Part shown: piece after piece, positions 24,900-39,100 of the stretch | Layout: each line of letters starts with the position of its first letter | Numbering within the stretch: the stretch's first letter is position 1 | Source of the DNA: Chiloscyllium plagiosum | Lineage: Eukaryota | Length of the DNA: 64,000 nt | Direction of reading: 5' to 3' | Assembly (NCBI RefSeq): GCF_004010195.1 | Contig: NC_057755.1 | Location: forward strand, 7,182,252-7,246,251 | Notes under the pieces: model-generated | Told to the model about the DNA's origin: nothing | The model's input: only the letters and a program-made list of their open reading frames with translations | The model's database searches: none | Program-made: the position numbers and the translations under genes

Positions 24900-27180
24900 G
24901 GGTCCCTGAATTGATCTGATGTGTGCTGATTAGAATGTCATTTTGGTGAATAAATGAAGTGAATGTAAAATGGGAGACTTTCAAAAGAGGGATAAATAGG
25001 CCTCGGACGCTGCTTGATGTCCTGTGCGTTTCCAGCACCTCGCTCTCGACTCAGACCTCCAGTATCTGCAGTCCTCAGGAAGTTCGGTACATATCTTTCA
25101 TAAATAAATAGAAGGCATCCAGATTTACTGTACTCAGATGACTGAGGATACTGATGCGAAAATAAGGAAGAAAAAGAGTCATGTATTATATACTGGAAAT
25201 ATAACAGAGATAGAAATTAAGAAGAGTATCTGAAATGCAAGAGATGCTGAGGCTTGAGTAAGGAATGAAAAGAGGAAGCACGAGGAAAGAATTACAGGCT
25301 GCGTTGAAACAAACAAGAAAATTTTCTTCGAACAATTTCGCAGCAAAGGTTTAGTGAAAGATAGATGGGGCAAGGAGGAAATATTTGTGATTAGTCCTTG
25401 GCAGCATGGATTAGACGTTGGCCAAAATAGACGAAACAGAAGCTAGATACAGATGGCCACTTGAACCGGATACAAATTAACCTTGATGCTCCCCAGTGAT
25501 TAGCATTGACGGTCTTGCATTCTTTCTGATTCATATAAATGATTTGAAGATTGGTATTAAGAGAAAAATCTCGAAATTTGCAAATGATAATATCCCAAGG
25601 AGAGTAGAGATTTCTGAGGATGATCCGAAGCATACACAAGATGGTCAATGGGCAGGTTCCTGGCATATAAACGTCAATGCGGAGAAATGAACCACAATGC
25701 ATTTGGGTAGAAGAAGAAAGAAGACGCGATGCAGGATCAATGGTAAATCTTTCAGGGGAGTGCAGGAGCAAAGGGAACTCGAAGTTCAAGTACATAACTC
25801 TCTAATGTAGCCAGGCAAGCCGAAAGAGGATGTTGAGAAGACTGTGAATATCCTTGCTGAAATACACATAATCTCCATCTCCTGCTCCACTCTCTTTTGC
25901 ACACTTGGTCACTATCACATGAAAACAAATTTCAATGCCTTATACATGATAGGAGGTCACCCCTGAGACGTGGGTGTCTCTACCTTGCCAGCATTTATTT
26001 CCCATCTCTAGCTGCCCCCGAACTGAATAGTTTGCTAGGCCATTTGAAAGGGCAGTTGAGAGTAAACCATGTTGTGTTGGTCTGGAGTCACATGTTGGCC
26101 AGACCAGGCGATGGTGGCAGATTTTCTTCCCTGAAGAACATTAGTGAGTCAGATGGATTTTTCCCCCCCCCCCCACAGTACACATGAACAGCAAGGACCC
26201 TCTGTTTCTGTATTTCCCTCAAAGCTATAACAATTGATGAAGTTTTCTTCTTCAAAATGCATTATTTCACTTTTTTCTGCATTCAGATTCAACTGCCAGG
26301 TGTCTGCCCATTTGGCTGACAGTTCAATGTCGCTCTGAAGTCGCTCAATGCCCTCTTTCCAAATCAAGACTCTCCCCAGCTCCACAATAGCTTCAAATTT
26401 AGAGATTTGCCATTGACACCTACGGACAAACCATTGAAACTGATCAGAAATTAACAAGGGATTGTCACTTTCATGCCGTCTCCAAACTCAGATAGTCTAT
26501 CCACACCAAGACTCTGTTTCCTATCGTTTATCCAATTTCTGATCCATGCTGCCAAGGGCACATCAATGTCATACGTTTGTAATTTGCTAACTGAGCTGCA
26601 ATGTGGTACTGTATAAAAGACATACAACATCTACAGTACATCCCAACATCCACTGCCACTTAATCAAATAAATCAATTAAAATTGCCAGATCTCACCTAC
26701 ATTTGACAAAAACATGTTGAGTGTCGAGTACTGACTGACTTTTCATGAAGTGCATATTTATCTTACCTCTTATTATGGTCTGCATGAATTTTTCCACTGT
26801 CGATATCAAACTAATTGGTCTGTAGTTTGTTAGGTTATTCTTTGCCCCTTTCGAAAACAATGGTGTCATATTTGCATTCCTCCAGTCCCCCAGAACTAAT
26901 TCTGTGTTCAGATCAGCCTGGGAAATTTCTGTCAACGGCCTTGCAATTTTCTCCCTTTACTCTCTGAGCAATCTCGATAGATAAGATCTGGGCCGAGTGA
27001 GTCACCTACATAGAATGCTGCCAGCCTTTGTAACATTTATTCCGAGACTGCTCAGATGCTGAACACTAATTTGATAAAGACCGAAGCAAAATATTCATTT
27101 ATCACCTCTGCCATGTCTTTTGTGAGCAGCTTACCCTGTTCTTTATTGGTCCTACTGTGTTCTTCACTCATCTTTATGAA
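24900..27180. mobile_element. Old CR1 fragments (+ ~24900-25860; - ~26190-27180)
   Basis: ISKFAND, WADTWQLNLNAEK and NYRPISLISTVEK remnants. Confidence 0.65.
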
Positions 27181-28263
27181 TAATCCGTAGATATATTATT
27201 GTAAAGGAAAGCTCGTACATCATCATTTCCTGAAGAGTTTATCCCAAGTTTAGTGATTGACCCGAAGGACAATAAGAAAAGAGGGATGCTACTGATGTAT
27301 CTGGATACAGACTGACATTAATAGTGAGGTCAGTGACGTGTATGGATGGATGGTGATGGTTTGAGAATTTGCATTCTTGGAAAATTCTGCCATATTTGAA
27401 GGTTGTGTTTTGATTACGGATGTGTGTCTATCTGACAGTGATTATTATTGTTTGGTCAAATGTAAGCTTTTGTTGGGAGGGTTCTGCTCTTTGGATGAGT
27501 TGCATAGTTTTGAGAAATTGTATTTTACAAGGGGATTTTATTCAGATCAAAGGATTGCTTGAATTTGATTTCTATTAAATTCAGAGAGCGAATGCGTTTG
27601 TAATGTTGAAGTACCGTGAGATGCTGAATTCTATTACTATGCGCTTTTGTAAGACAGTGGCATGGTGAAATTAGTACTTAGTTATTCTTTTAAGGTCGAG
27701 ATTAATGTTTAGTGGGAGTGGGTTCGAATCACAGCATGGTAGGTGCAGAGTTTCAATCCTCATTGCAATTTTGAATTAAATTGCTCGTCCATGCCTGCAT
27801 TATTCGAAGCCTATCTTGTTCACCATAACCGTTTCTTCAGGAAAAATAGTCTGCTTTCCTTACTTGATCCTTCTTACAACAAACCCTGGGCAATGAAGAA
27901 TGGTGAATAAATGCTGAGCACAGCAGGAGTGCACACATTCACTGAATGAGAAGAATCAATTTCAAACATTGCGTTCAACATTATTTTTTAACCCTAGAAC
28001 ACAGAAAATGATGTTTGAGTGGTCAGCGTTATAGCTGGTATGTCCTACATTCTGTTTTTGTTATTCGGTTGGTGTCCAGGGTAGCAACACTCTTTCATAA
28101 CATGGACTAAACTCATTATTGCAATTAGCCTTCTTATTTGCCAAAAAAAGTAAAACAACCACAAAGCTGAGCAATGGTGCTAATCTTGACCTCCCCAAGG
28201 TCATTCTACATCGTATAAGGCAGTGTCTTTGGTAACGCACCAAATCAGATTTTCAAACAAGGA

Positions 28264-28463
28264 TAATAGCAAATTACTGCGGATGCTTGAATCTGAAACC
28301 AAAAGAGAAAATGCTGGAAAATCTCAGCAGGTCTGGCAGCATCTGTAAGGAGAGAAAAGAGCTGAAGTTTATCAAGGGTCAGTTAGACTCGAAACGTCAG
28401 CTCTTTTCTCTCCTTACAGATGCAGCCAGACCTGCTGAGATTTTCCAGCATTTTCTCTTTTGG
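28264..28463. mobile_element. Palindromic PLE-derived insert with 14-bp TSD
   Basis: Inverted arms; TSD ttttcaaacaagga at 28250-28263 and 28464-28477. Confidence 0.8.
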
Positions 28464-28974
28464 TTTTCAAACAAGGAGCTTGGCAGCTGCATGAACCGAC
28501 AGATCATCTCGCACAGAAAAATGCAACAACGCATTAAACCCGTGAAAACACTGTTCTACACCACTCTTGCTTGCACTGAAATCCCTGCTATGTCGTTATG
28601 ACAATTAAACTTGTTTTAATGTACTACTGATCTGCTCTGTGCTTTTACTCTTTGAACAACAATGTGACAAGCTGACTTACTGGTCAGCCTAATCCAGCCA
28701 CCCAAACAGTGATAGCAATTTATGGAGCAGAATTCTCGGTACAGATCTCCACTGACAGGGGCTCCCAACTTCACTGCTGCAGCAGTATTTTCTGCTCTCA
28801 TTTTTATGCCATCTATTGTGGTTTGAAACATTTTAAACATATGATGAGAGATAATGCAGATTAAGGGTCACTGGACTTGAAACATTAATTCTGCATTCTT
28901 TCCTGTAGATCTGCCAGACCTGCGAAGTAATTTATGTTCTTGTTATACGACTGAGGCCTGTTTTGCAGACTGAT

Positions 28975-31945
28975 AGAGTCATAGAATAATACAGCATGGA
29001 AACAGGCCCCTCACTGCCCATTCAGCCAGTTGAAATTGCCCACATTTGGTTCATACCCCTCTAAAACCTTGCTACGTTTGATAAATGTTTCTATTGTACC
29101 TGCCTCAACCACTTTCACTCGTTGTCGATTCGATATCTGCACCAGTCTCTGCGTGAAGAAATTGTCCCGCAGGTCCTTACTAAAGCTTTTCCCTCTCACC
29201 TTAAAACTATGGCCTCGTGTTTTCAGTTCCCCATCCCTGGGCAAAAGACTATATGCATTCATCCTATTTATGCCTCGCATGATTTTATAAACTTCAATAA
29301 AGTCACCCTCATTTTCCGACCTACCAAAAATATCATGGTCAACCTCTTCCTTCAACTCAGGCCTACAAGTCCTGGCAATATGCTTTTAACTTTCTTTTGC
29401 ACTGGGTAATTACACATGTAATCTGGGTAATTTTCACTGTGCATATACTGAAACAAACTACAAAGTTATAGAACATAGAACAGTACAGCACAGAACAGGC
29501 CCTTCAGCCCACGATGTTTTGCCGACCATTGATCCTCATGTTAGGTAAACCTAATGTACGAGCACCTAGATCTCGTTGTACTGCCCCTTTACATAACTTG
29601 ATTATATTTAGGTAGTAATCTTCCTTCCTGTTCTTGCCACCAAAGTGGATAACCACACATTTATCAATATTGAACTGCAACTGCCATGCATCCGTCCACT
29701 CACCTAGCCTGTCCAGGTCACCCTGTATTCTCCTAACATCCTCCTCACATTTCACCCTGCCACCCCGCTTTGTGTCATCAGCAAATTTGCTAATATTACT
29801 TTTAATACCTTCATCTATATCATTAATGTACATCGTAAAAAGCCATGGTCCCAGCACTGATCCCTGCGGCACACCACTGGTCACTGCCTGCCATTCCGAA
29901 ATGGAGCCATTTATCACTACTCTTTGTTTCCTGTCAGCCAACCAATTTTCTTTCCATGTCAGTATTTTGCCCCTAATACCATGTGCCCTAATTTTGCTCA
30001 CTAACCTCCTATGTGGGACATTATCAAAGGCTTTCTGAAAGTCCCGGTATATGACATCCACTGGATCTCCCTTGTCCATCTTCAGAGTTACATCCTCAAA
30101 AAATTCCAGAAGATTAGTCAAGCATGATTTCCCATTCACAAATCCATGTTGACTCTGACCTATCCTGTTACTGCTATCCAGATGTGTCCTAATTTGGACC
30201 TTTATAATTGACTCCTGCATTTTTCCCACCACTGAGGTCAGACTAACTGGTCTGTAATTCTCTGTTTGCTCCTCCCCTCCTTTCTTAAAAAGTGGGACAA
30301 CAATAGCCACCCTCCAATCCACAGGAACTGATCCACCTTTGCTCATCTTTGCTATGCTATACGTTTTCCCTTTTGTCTTTATATGTTTCTTAACTTCCCT
30401 CATCAGCCACGGCCACCCATGCCTCCTCATAGGATCTTTCTTCCTTTTTGGAATGAACTGATCCTGCATCTTCTGCATTATACACAGAAATATCTGCCAT
30501 TGTTCCTCCACTGTTATCCCTGCTAGGGTATTGCACCATTGAACTTTGGCCAGCTCCTCCCTCATAGCTCCATAGTTCCCCTTATTCAACTGAAATATTG
30601 TCACTTCCGATTCTACCCTCTCCCTTTGAAACTGCAGATTAAAGCTTATTGTATTGTGGTCACTACCTCCTAATGGCTCCTTTACTTCGAGGTCCCTGAT
30701 CAAATCCGGTTCGTTGCACAACACCAGATCCAGAATTGCTTTCTACCTGGTAGGCTTCAGCACAAGCTGTTCTAAGAATCCAACTCGGAGGCACTCCACA
30801 AACTCCCTTTCTTGGGGTCCAGTACCATCCTGATTCTCCCAGTTTACCTGCATGTTGAAATCCCCCATAACATAACAACTGATAACTAACCTTGATCCTT
30901 TCTGGTCTAATAACTCGTACCTCAGTCTTCTCCTCTACAATATTCTCCTTTTCCTGAGTGAAAACCGATGAGAAATGTTCATTTAGCACCTCTCCGATCT
31001 CCACAGGGTCCACACTCAACTTCCCACTTCTGTCTTTGACTGGCCCCATTCCTACCCTAATCATCCTTTTATTCCTCACATACCTATAGAAAGCTTTAGA
31101 GTTCTCATTTATTCTGTTGCTAAAGACTGCTCAGGTCCTCTCTTTGCTCTTCTTAACTCTCTCTTTAAATCCTTCCTAGCTGATCTGTAACTCTCCATCG
31201 CCTCATTTGAACCATCTTGCCTCATCAACACATAATCCTCCTTCTACTTTATAACAAGAGATGCAATTTCTGTAGTAAACCACGGTTCCCTTACCTTACC
31301 AGTTCCTCCCTGCCTGACAGGGACAGACCTATCAAGGGCACGCAATATCTGTTCCTTAAGCCAGCTCCACAATTCCATTGTCTGTATCCCCTGCATTTTG
31401 CTACCCTATTCTATGCATCCTAATTCCTGCCTAATCACATTATAATTGCCTTTGCCCCATCGGTAATTCTTGACCTGTGGCATGTACTTATCCCTTTCCA
31501 TCGCTGAACTAAGCGTAACTGAATTATGGTCACTCTCTCTACAGTGCTCACCCACAACTAAACAAACACCTGGCCTGGTTCATTACCAAGCACAGGATCC
31601 AATGCGGCCTACCCACTTGTCAGCCCTTAGACATACTGTGTCCGGAAACCCTCCTGTACACATTGGACTAAAACTGATCCATCCGACGTCCTAGAGTTAT
31701 AGCATTTCCAGTCAATGTTGGGGAAGTTAAAGTCCACCGAAATGACCACCCTGTTCCTTTCACTCCTGCCCAGAATACTTTTGCTAATCCTCTCTTCCAC
31801 TCTGCGGAACTCTGCGAAGGCCAATAAAAAAACTCCAAACAGTGTGCCCTCTCCTCTCCTGTTTCTAACCTCAGCTCACACATTTCAGTAGACGAGTCCT
31901 CATCAAGATTTCTCTAATCCACCGTTATATTATCCTTGACTAACA
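28975..31945 (-). mobile_element. Mosaic of CR1 fragments including a 406-codon internally deleted ORF2 piece (29504-30724)
   Basis: GSDHN, NYRPVSLTS, QGSVLGP and FADD motifs; abrupt junctions at ~29570, ~30335 and ~30885. Confidence 0.88.
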
Positions 31946-31949
31946 GTAA

Positions 31950-32780
31950 AGACGTCTTGCTCATAAATATCCATGAAAATGTTGGCATATTGGGGTGCAA
32001 ATTTGGTCCTCATGGAAATTCAATGTTTCTGGATAAAGAACTGGTTATCAAACATGAAGGCATTGTGGTCGTGGATACAGTGGATGAGTAGTAGGATAGT
32101 GCTTGGAGATTGGCAGTTGTTAGTATTGAGTACTGAGGCTGTTGCAGCAATGCCATCATCGCGGGGAATGCCGGTGTTGAGTGACAAAACGTCCATTGTG
32201 ATGAGGAATACTTCGCAACAGTTGCATGATACTTTGATCTTATACCCTAAGTTCTGCATCCTTTGACCCTCCCCACTAGCCAGTGTAAGTGAAGAGTATG
32301 TTTCAGTGGGTAGGCTGTATAAGCTGAAGATTCTGCATCGGTAGGAGTCTCCATATCTATTGAAGGGTCTGTACCTGTTGTGGGTTCTGCATCGGTTATG
32401 GGGTCAATATCGATTGGGTTGTCTGTAACTGTTAGATGATCTGAATTTGCTGAGGGGTCCATATGTGTTGGGGGGTCCCTATTTATGACAAGCCTGTATC
32501 TGTTGGGATGTTGAAACCTGCTCTGGTGCCTGGAACTGTTGGTGTATCTGAATCTGTTGGAGTGACCATTCCTGTTTGGGGATCTGTGTCTGTTGAAGTG
32601 CCTGCATCTGTTTGTGGGGTATTTGGGGTTTGCGACTCCTCTTCCAGTTGGCAGTAGCATATAATTTGTATGATCTGTAGTTGTTGGATTTCCTTTTGGC
32701 CAGACCGCATGCGTGACCTGATCATGTGTGTCTGCTACTTGGTGCCAAGGCAAGTCTGTCCCAGATTGGGGGAGGAAAGC
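31950..32780 (-). mobile_element. Penelope-like RT fragment with upstream Thr/Asp/Pro repeat region
   Basis: LITMDVLSLNTGIPRDDGIAATASVL...HNAFMFDNQFFIQ...MRTKFAPQYANIFM matches PLE RT motifs; contains stops. Confidence 0.8.
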
Positions 32781-33047
32781 CGAGTGTGTGTGAGAGAGAG
32801 AGAGAAAGAGAGAGAGAGGCTGGGGGGCGCGGGGAGTGGGAGAGATTCAAACATGTTGAACGGAATTACTGAGCAGTAATGCGACAAACAACAGTGAAAC
32901 ACTTTGAGGTCTGGAGATGAGGCTGATCTATATTGAAGTATCAGTAAGATTTCTGACAGGACGCTACTTCTCTTGTTTTAAACGATTTAATTCTTTTGAA
33001 TAGAGTGATACAATTGAGCTAAGAAAAAAAAAATCCCCAAGAAAGAG

Positions 33048-33155
33048 CCAATTAATGTTCCGTCGTAATTTGTTTCTTTATGAAGTTGCACATGTTTTTA
33101 ACATCAATGCCTTTTGGGAGGGATGTGCCGTTGCTCGCACAGGCTATAATTTAAA
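33048..33155 (+). promoter_or_regulatory. Candidate core promoter of the GPCR (CCAAT plus TATA-like box)
   Basis: CCAAT at 33048-33052 and TATAATTTAAA at 33145-33155, about 80-90 bp upstream of the ATG. Motif and position only. Confidence 0.35.
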
Positions 33156-33236
33156 GGCTTTGAAATTGAACTCTTCAGCACTTAATACCCAGGGAGACTG
33201 TCTTCAGCTCAGAGTGACACTGCATTCACATTGAAA

Positions 33237-33303
33237 ATGTCTCGTACAATTGATGGTGTGCTGAAAATATATTACTTGATTCTTGCTGTCATTGGATTTC
33301 CTG
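33237..33303 (+). CDS. Exon 1 of GPR139/GPR142-like class A GPCR (N-terminus and start of TM1)
   Basis: ATG at 33237 reads MSRTIDGVLKIYYLILAVIGFP plus 1 nt, then consensus donor G|gtaagt at 33304. The phase-1 intron joins in frame to exon 2 (G+CT=Ala), giving the TM1 motif GFPAN. Confidence 0.88.
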
Positions 33304-33639
33304 GTAAGTGATGATAACCAGTGAAAGTGTGTGCTTCTGTGGGAGCTGCTGTCTGCTTTTATTCTGTGAATCACTGTGGTCCATTCTAATTGAGTGATCA
33401 CTCTGAAAGAACATAATAGAATATGCTTTATTGCCACGGGTACTCCCGTGCAGAAGTGCAGGAATACAGTGTAGAAAGGCTCCATATTAGGTACAAGCAC
33501 ATTGGAGCAAATCTTGGTTATAAATGAGGAATAAAAGAAAACGTAGGAGCATCGCGTACAGCGTCTGAAAATAAGTTAGAAGCAATGTAGTTAAAGGATT
33601 GACATAACAGTAAACAATTATTTTTATTCATAAACGGAT

Positions 33640-33942
33640 GAAAGCAACATCCCTAATTGCCCAAAGGGTAATTTAGAGTCAGCCATATTGCTGTGGGTCA
33701 GGGGTGACATGTAGACCACGCCATCTAAGTGTAGCAGTTTCCTTCCCTAAAGGACGTTAGTGAACCAGATGGGCTTTTCCTGACAATCGATTCATGGTCA
33801 CCATTAGATTCTTAACCCCAGATGTTAATGAATTCAAATTCCACCATCTGTGATGGCAGGATTCAAACTCGGGTCCCCAGAATCTTCTTTGGGCCTCTGG
33901 GTTAACAGTCCAGCGATAATACCACAAGGTAATTGCCTCCCC
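33640..33942 (-). mobile_element. Second tRNA-headed SINE family
   Basis: Homologous to 55055-55700. Other degraded copies at ~25960-26160, ~27655-27950 and ~63790-64000. Confidence 0.6.
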
Positions 33943-34249
33943 ATTTCGGGGCAATTTACGCTGCAGTAGCTCAGCGAGCACGGTGTCTGACCATCCACAC
34001 CAGATCCCAGTCCAGCAACAGTTAGGCTCCGAGCCCTTCAGTCCACTCTGCAAGACACTGAGCTGCGCCAAGGAAAGCTGCACGTTTCCTAGACCCGTTC
34101 CCCCTCACACTGCTCTCGGACTCGCTTCCCGTCACACTGTCCCGGACACATTTATCGCCTCACGCTGCTCTGGGACATGCTTCCTTGAATGCTGCTCCAG
34201 GATTGCTAAAATGAGACAAAAAGAAAATAAAGAAAAAGATGAGGCAGAG

Positions 34250-35310
34250 CAGGAGACATTTGGATACAGAGCTGGCTCAAAGGGACAAGACAAAGGATGG
34301 TGGTGGAGGGTTGTTTTTCAGACTGGAGGCCTGGGACCAGTGAAATGCCCCAAGGATCGGTGCTGCGTCCATTATTTTTCATCATTCATATCAACGATTT
34401 GGATATGAGCACAAGAGGTATAGTTAGTAAGTTTGCTGATGACACCAAAATTGGAGGTGTAGTGGATAGCGAAAAAAGTTTCCTCAGATTACAACGGGAT
34501 CTGGACCAGATGGGCCAATGAGCTGAGAAGTGGCAGATGGAGTTTAATTTAGATAAATGTGAAGTGCTGCATTTTGGGAAAGCAAATCTTAGCAGGACAT
34601 AGGGAGTGTTTTTGAACAAAGAGACCTTGGAGAGCAGGTTAATAGCTTCTTGAAAGTGAAGTCACAGGTAGATAGGATAGTGAAGAAGGTGTTTGGTATG
34701 CTTTCCTTTATTGGTCAGAGTATTGAGTACAGGAGTTGGGAGGTCATGTTGCAACTGTACAGAACATTGGTTAGGCCACTGTTGGAATATTGTGTGTAAT
34801 TCTGGTCTCCTTCCTATTGGAAAGGTGTTGTGAAACTTGAAAGGGTTGAGAAAAGATTTACAAGGATTTTGCAATGGTTGGAGGATTTGAGGTACAGGGA
34901 GAGGTTGAATAAGCAAGGGCTGTTTTCCCTGGAGCGTCGGAGGCTGAGGGGTGCCCCTATAGGCGTTTATAAATTCATGAACGGTATGGATAGGATAAAT
35001 AGACAAGGTCTTTTCCCTGGGGTGGGGCAGTCCAGAACTAGAAGGCATAACTTTAGGATGAGAGGGGAAAGATATAAAAGAGATCTAAGGGGCAACCTTT
35101 TGACGCAGAGGATGGAATGTGCTGCCAGAGGAAGTGATGGAGGCTGGTGCAATTGAAACATTTAAATGGCATCTGAATAGTTATTTGATTAGGAAAGGTT
35201 TGGAGGGACATGGGCCAGGTGCTGGGAGGTGGGGCTAGTTTGGGTTGGGATATCTGGTCGGCATTGACGAGTTGGACCAAGGTGTCTGTTTCCATGCATC
35301 TCTATGACTT
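34250..35310 (+). mobile_element. CR1 3' fragment in the GPCR intron
   Basis: SKFADDTKIGG; same subfamily as 9900-11582. Confidence 0.88.
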
Positions 35311-36144
35311 TAAGTTATTACAGTATCGAAGCAGCTGAGATCATTTATTAAACCTGCTCATTATTCAGCACCAGATGAAAAATAAATAAATCCCGGGTTG
35401 GATGCCGAAAGTACTGCTCCAGGAAACAATCCAAAACAAATCACTCTTCCTTTTTATATATTTAACGTAACTCTCACCATACATTTTTAAGTAACTTGAT
35501 GGATTGTACTCATTGGCTTTTTTCGCTATCATTAATGTTTGGTTATACTTTGTTTATGTATGGTTTGTAAAATGCTGACAATTCTCTAGTTTTCATCAAA
35601 TGTTTACCACATTTTACGTTATTTTTCTTCCGGTTTTTAAACTATTCTTACCTTCTTTGGTCTCACAAAATTGGATTGTCCCCATCTTAGAAATCCTATT
35701 CTGCATTGGGATATATTTTTCCTGTGGGCCCTGAACTATTTTGATAAGCACCTGCCATTTAGTTTCAACTCTCTTTTCTGCTTATATCCTTTCTCCAGTC
35801 TACTCCAGCAAAATCTGCAAACAAAAAAAGAATGATCTTAGTTCATCCCAATGGTTTTGCCGCTTCTATATTTCGGACAGTTTTTTTCCTAGCACAATGT
35901 TCTCAGTCTAACACTGAAAACATGAGTTATGTTCAATATTTTTATACTCGCTGTTCACGAGAGGTCCTTTGGATCTGAGATCATTTACTAAATCTGCTGA
36001 TTATTCAGCACAGTTGAAATATAACTTAAACTGTGTTTGGATCCCCAACATAATACTCCAGGAAACAATCTAAAACAAACCATTTTGAGTTCATTCTTAT
36101 ATCTAACTTCACCAATTTTATTCCCCAATACAACTGATGATTAA

Positions 36145-39100
36145 TCACAGGTGAAGTGCCAGAGGACTGGAGGGTTGCTAATGTTGTCCCCTGTACAAGA
36201 ATACTAGTAGGGAAATTCCAGGTAACTACAGACCAGTGAGCCTGACGCCGGTGGTGGGAAAAATGCTGCAGAAGGTACTGAGTGATAAACTCTATTTATA
36301 TTTGGAAATGAATCAGCTTATCAGTGATAGGCAACATGGTTTTGTGCGGGAGAGATCGTGCTTTACCAACAAAATGGAGTTCTTCGAAGAAGTGACCAAG
36401 TTGATAGATGAAGGAAGGGCTGTTGATGTCATATACATGGACTTTAGTAAGGCGTTTGATAAGGTTCCCGATGGTAAACTAATGGAGAAAGTGAAGTCAC
36501 ATGGTGTGCAGGGTGTTCTAGCTAGGTGGATAAAGAACTGGTTGACCAACAGGAGACAGAGGGTAGTAGTTGAAGGGAGTTTCTCGAATGGAGAAAGGTG
36601 ACCAGTGGTGTTCCACAGGGGTCAGTGTTGGGGCCACTGTTGTTTGTGATATACATAAATGATCTGGGAGAGGGCACTGTTGGTATGATCAGCATGTTTG
36701 CAGATAACACGAAGATTGGTGGAGTGGCAGAAAGAATAAGGGACTGTCAGAGAATACAGGAGGATATAGATAGACTGGAGAGCTGGGTGGAAGTGTGGCT
36801 GATGCAGTTCAATCCAGACAAATGTGAGGTGATGCATTGAGGCAAGACTAATTCTAGAGCAAGTTATACAGTAAACGGAAGAGCCTTGGGAAAAGTTGAT
36901 GGACAGAGAGATCTGGGAGTGCAGGTTCATTGTACCCTGAAGGTGGCTGCACAGGTGGATAGAGTGGTCACGAAGGCATATAGTATACTTGCCTTCATCG
37001 GATGCAGTACTGAGTATAAGAGCTGAAACGTTGGTTCGGCCCCATTTAGAATACTGTGTAGAGTTCTGGTCGCCACATTTCCAACAGGATGTGGACGCTT
37101 TGGAAAGGGTGTATGTAGAGAAGGTTTACGAAGGTGTTGCCTGGTACGGAAGGTGATAGCTCTGAAAAGAGTTAGAGTTGGCTAGGATTGCTTTCTTATA
37201 AAAAGGGAGATTGAGGGGGACCTTATTGAAGTTTACAAAATCATGAAGGGTATAGACAGGGTGAATACAGATAACCTTTTTCCCAGAGTGAGGGATTCAA
37301 TAACGAGAGGTCATGCGTTCAAGGTGAGAGGAGAAAGGTTTAAGGGGAATACACGTGGAAAGTACTTTCCATAAAGCGTGGTAGGTGCCTGGATCGCTTT
37401 GCCAGCAGAGTTTGTAGAGGTAGCCACATTAGATTCATTCAAGATGCGTCTGGACAGATGCATGAGTAGGTGTGGAGCAGAGGGATGCAGATCCTTAGGA
37501 ATTGGGCGATAGGTGAAGACAGTGAATTTGGATTGGCTCAGGCTTGGAGGGCCGAAGGGCCTGTTCCTGGGCTGTAAATTTTCTTTGTTCTTTGTTCTAA
37601 TGTCACCCATCATTAATGTACTGACAGAAAGACTATATAATTAAGACAGTAAGGAATGATCTTGTATTTTGGTAAATTATTTGGATGTGAACACAGGATG
37701 TATGGTTGCAGATGACACAAAAATTAGAGGTGCTGTGCACAGCGAAGAGGGTGACCTCAGAGCAAAACGGGATGTTGATCAGATGGATCAAAGGCAGAGG
37801 AGTGACAGATGAAGTTTAATTTAGGTAAATGTGCTGCATTTTGGAAAAGCAAATCAGGCCTTTTGCACTTAATAGTAAGGTTCCGGGGAGAGTTCCTGAA
37901 CAAAAAGACCGAAGAGTGCAAGTTCAAAGTTCCTTGACAGTGGAGTTGCAGGTAAATATGTTAGTGAAGAAGGCATTTCATATGCTTGCCTTTATTCTCC
38001 AGTGCACTGAGTGTAGGAGTTCGGAGGTTTTATTGCAACTGTATCGGACATTAGGCAGACCACCTTTTGTAATACTGCATGCAATCCTAGCCATCCTGCC
38101 ATGGGAAGGATGTTGTGAAATTTGAAAGAGTTCAGAAAAATTTACAAGAATGTTGCCAATGTTGGAGGGTTCGAGCTATAGGGAGAGGCTGAACAGGCTG
38201 GATCTGTTTTCCCTGAAGAGTCAGAGGCTGAGGGGTGAACCTATAGAGGTTTATAAAATAATGAGGGTCATGAATAGGACGAATAGCCAAGGTCTTTTCC
38301 CTGGGCTGGGAGAGCCAAAACCAGAAGGCATAGATTTAAGGTGAGAAGAGAACGATTTAAAAGAAGCGGAAGAGGCAACTTTTTCACACAGAGGGTGGTG
38401 CGTGTGTGGAATGAGCTGCCAGAGGAAGTGCTGGAGGCTGATATAACTACAAGATGTAAAAGTCATCTGGATGGATATGTGTGTATTTCATAAAACATAC
38501 AGCATCAACAGCACAGATCAACCCTTTGACCTTCGAAGTTGCACCGACCTGTGGAACCAATCTGTAGCCCGTTTAACTGACATTCTCGTCCATGTGTCTA
38601 CCCAATGTCCTTTTAAATGCCCTTAAATTTGGCGAGTCTACTACTGTTGCAGGCAGTGCGTTCCACGCCCCTTCTACACTCTGAGTAAACAAACTACCTC
38701 TGACATCTGTCCTATATCTATCACCCCTCAATTTAAAGCTATGTCCCCATGTGCTAACCATCGCCATCCTACGAAACAGTCTCTCATTGTTAAATGCATC
38801 TAACCCTCTGATTATCTTATATATCTCAAATAAGTCACCTCTCAGCCCTCTTCTCTCGAACGAAAACAGTTTGAAGTCCCTCAGCCTTTCCTTGTAAAAC
38901 CTTCCCTCCACACAGTGCAGCACCCTAGTAAATCTCCTTGAGACCCTTTCCAAAGCTTCCCATCCATCTTATGATGCGGGGACCAGAACTGTACGCAATA
39001 TTCCAATTGTGGCCACATAAGAGTTTTGTACAGATGCAACATAATTTCACGGTTCTGAAGTTCAACCCCTCTACTAATAAAAGCTAATACAATGTTTGCC

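Noticed and set aside
29504..30724. Longest ORF (406 aa) as a functional or domesticated RT gene
   Set aside because: CR1 ORF2 piece with an in-frame internal deletion, no true start, and a truncated chimeric end.
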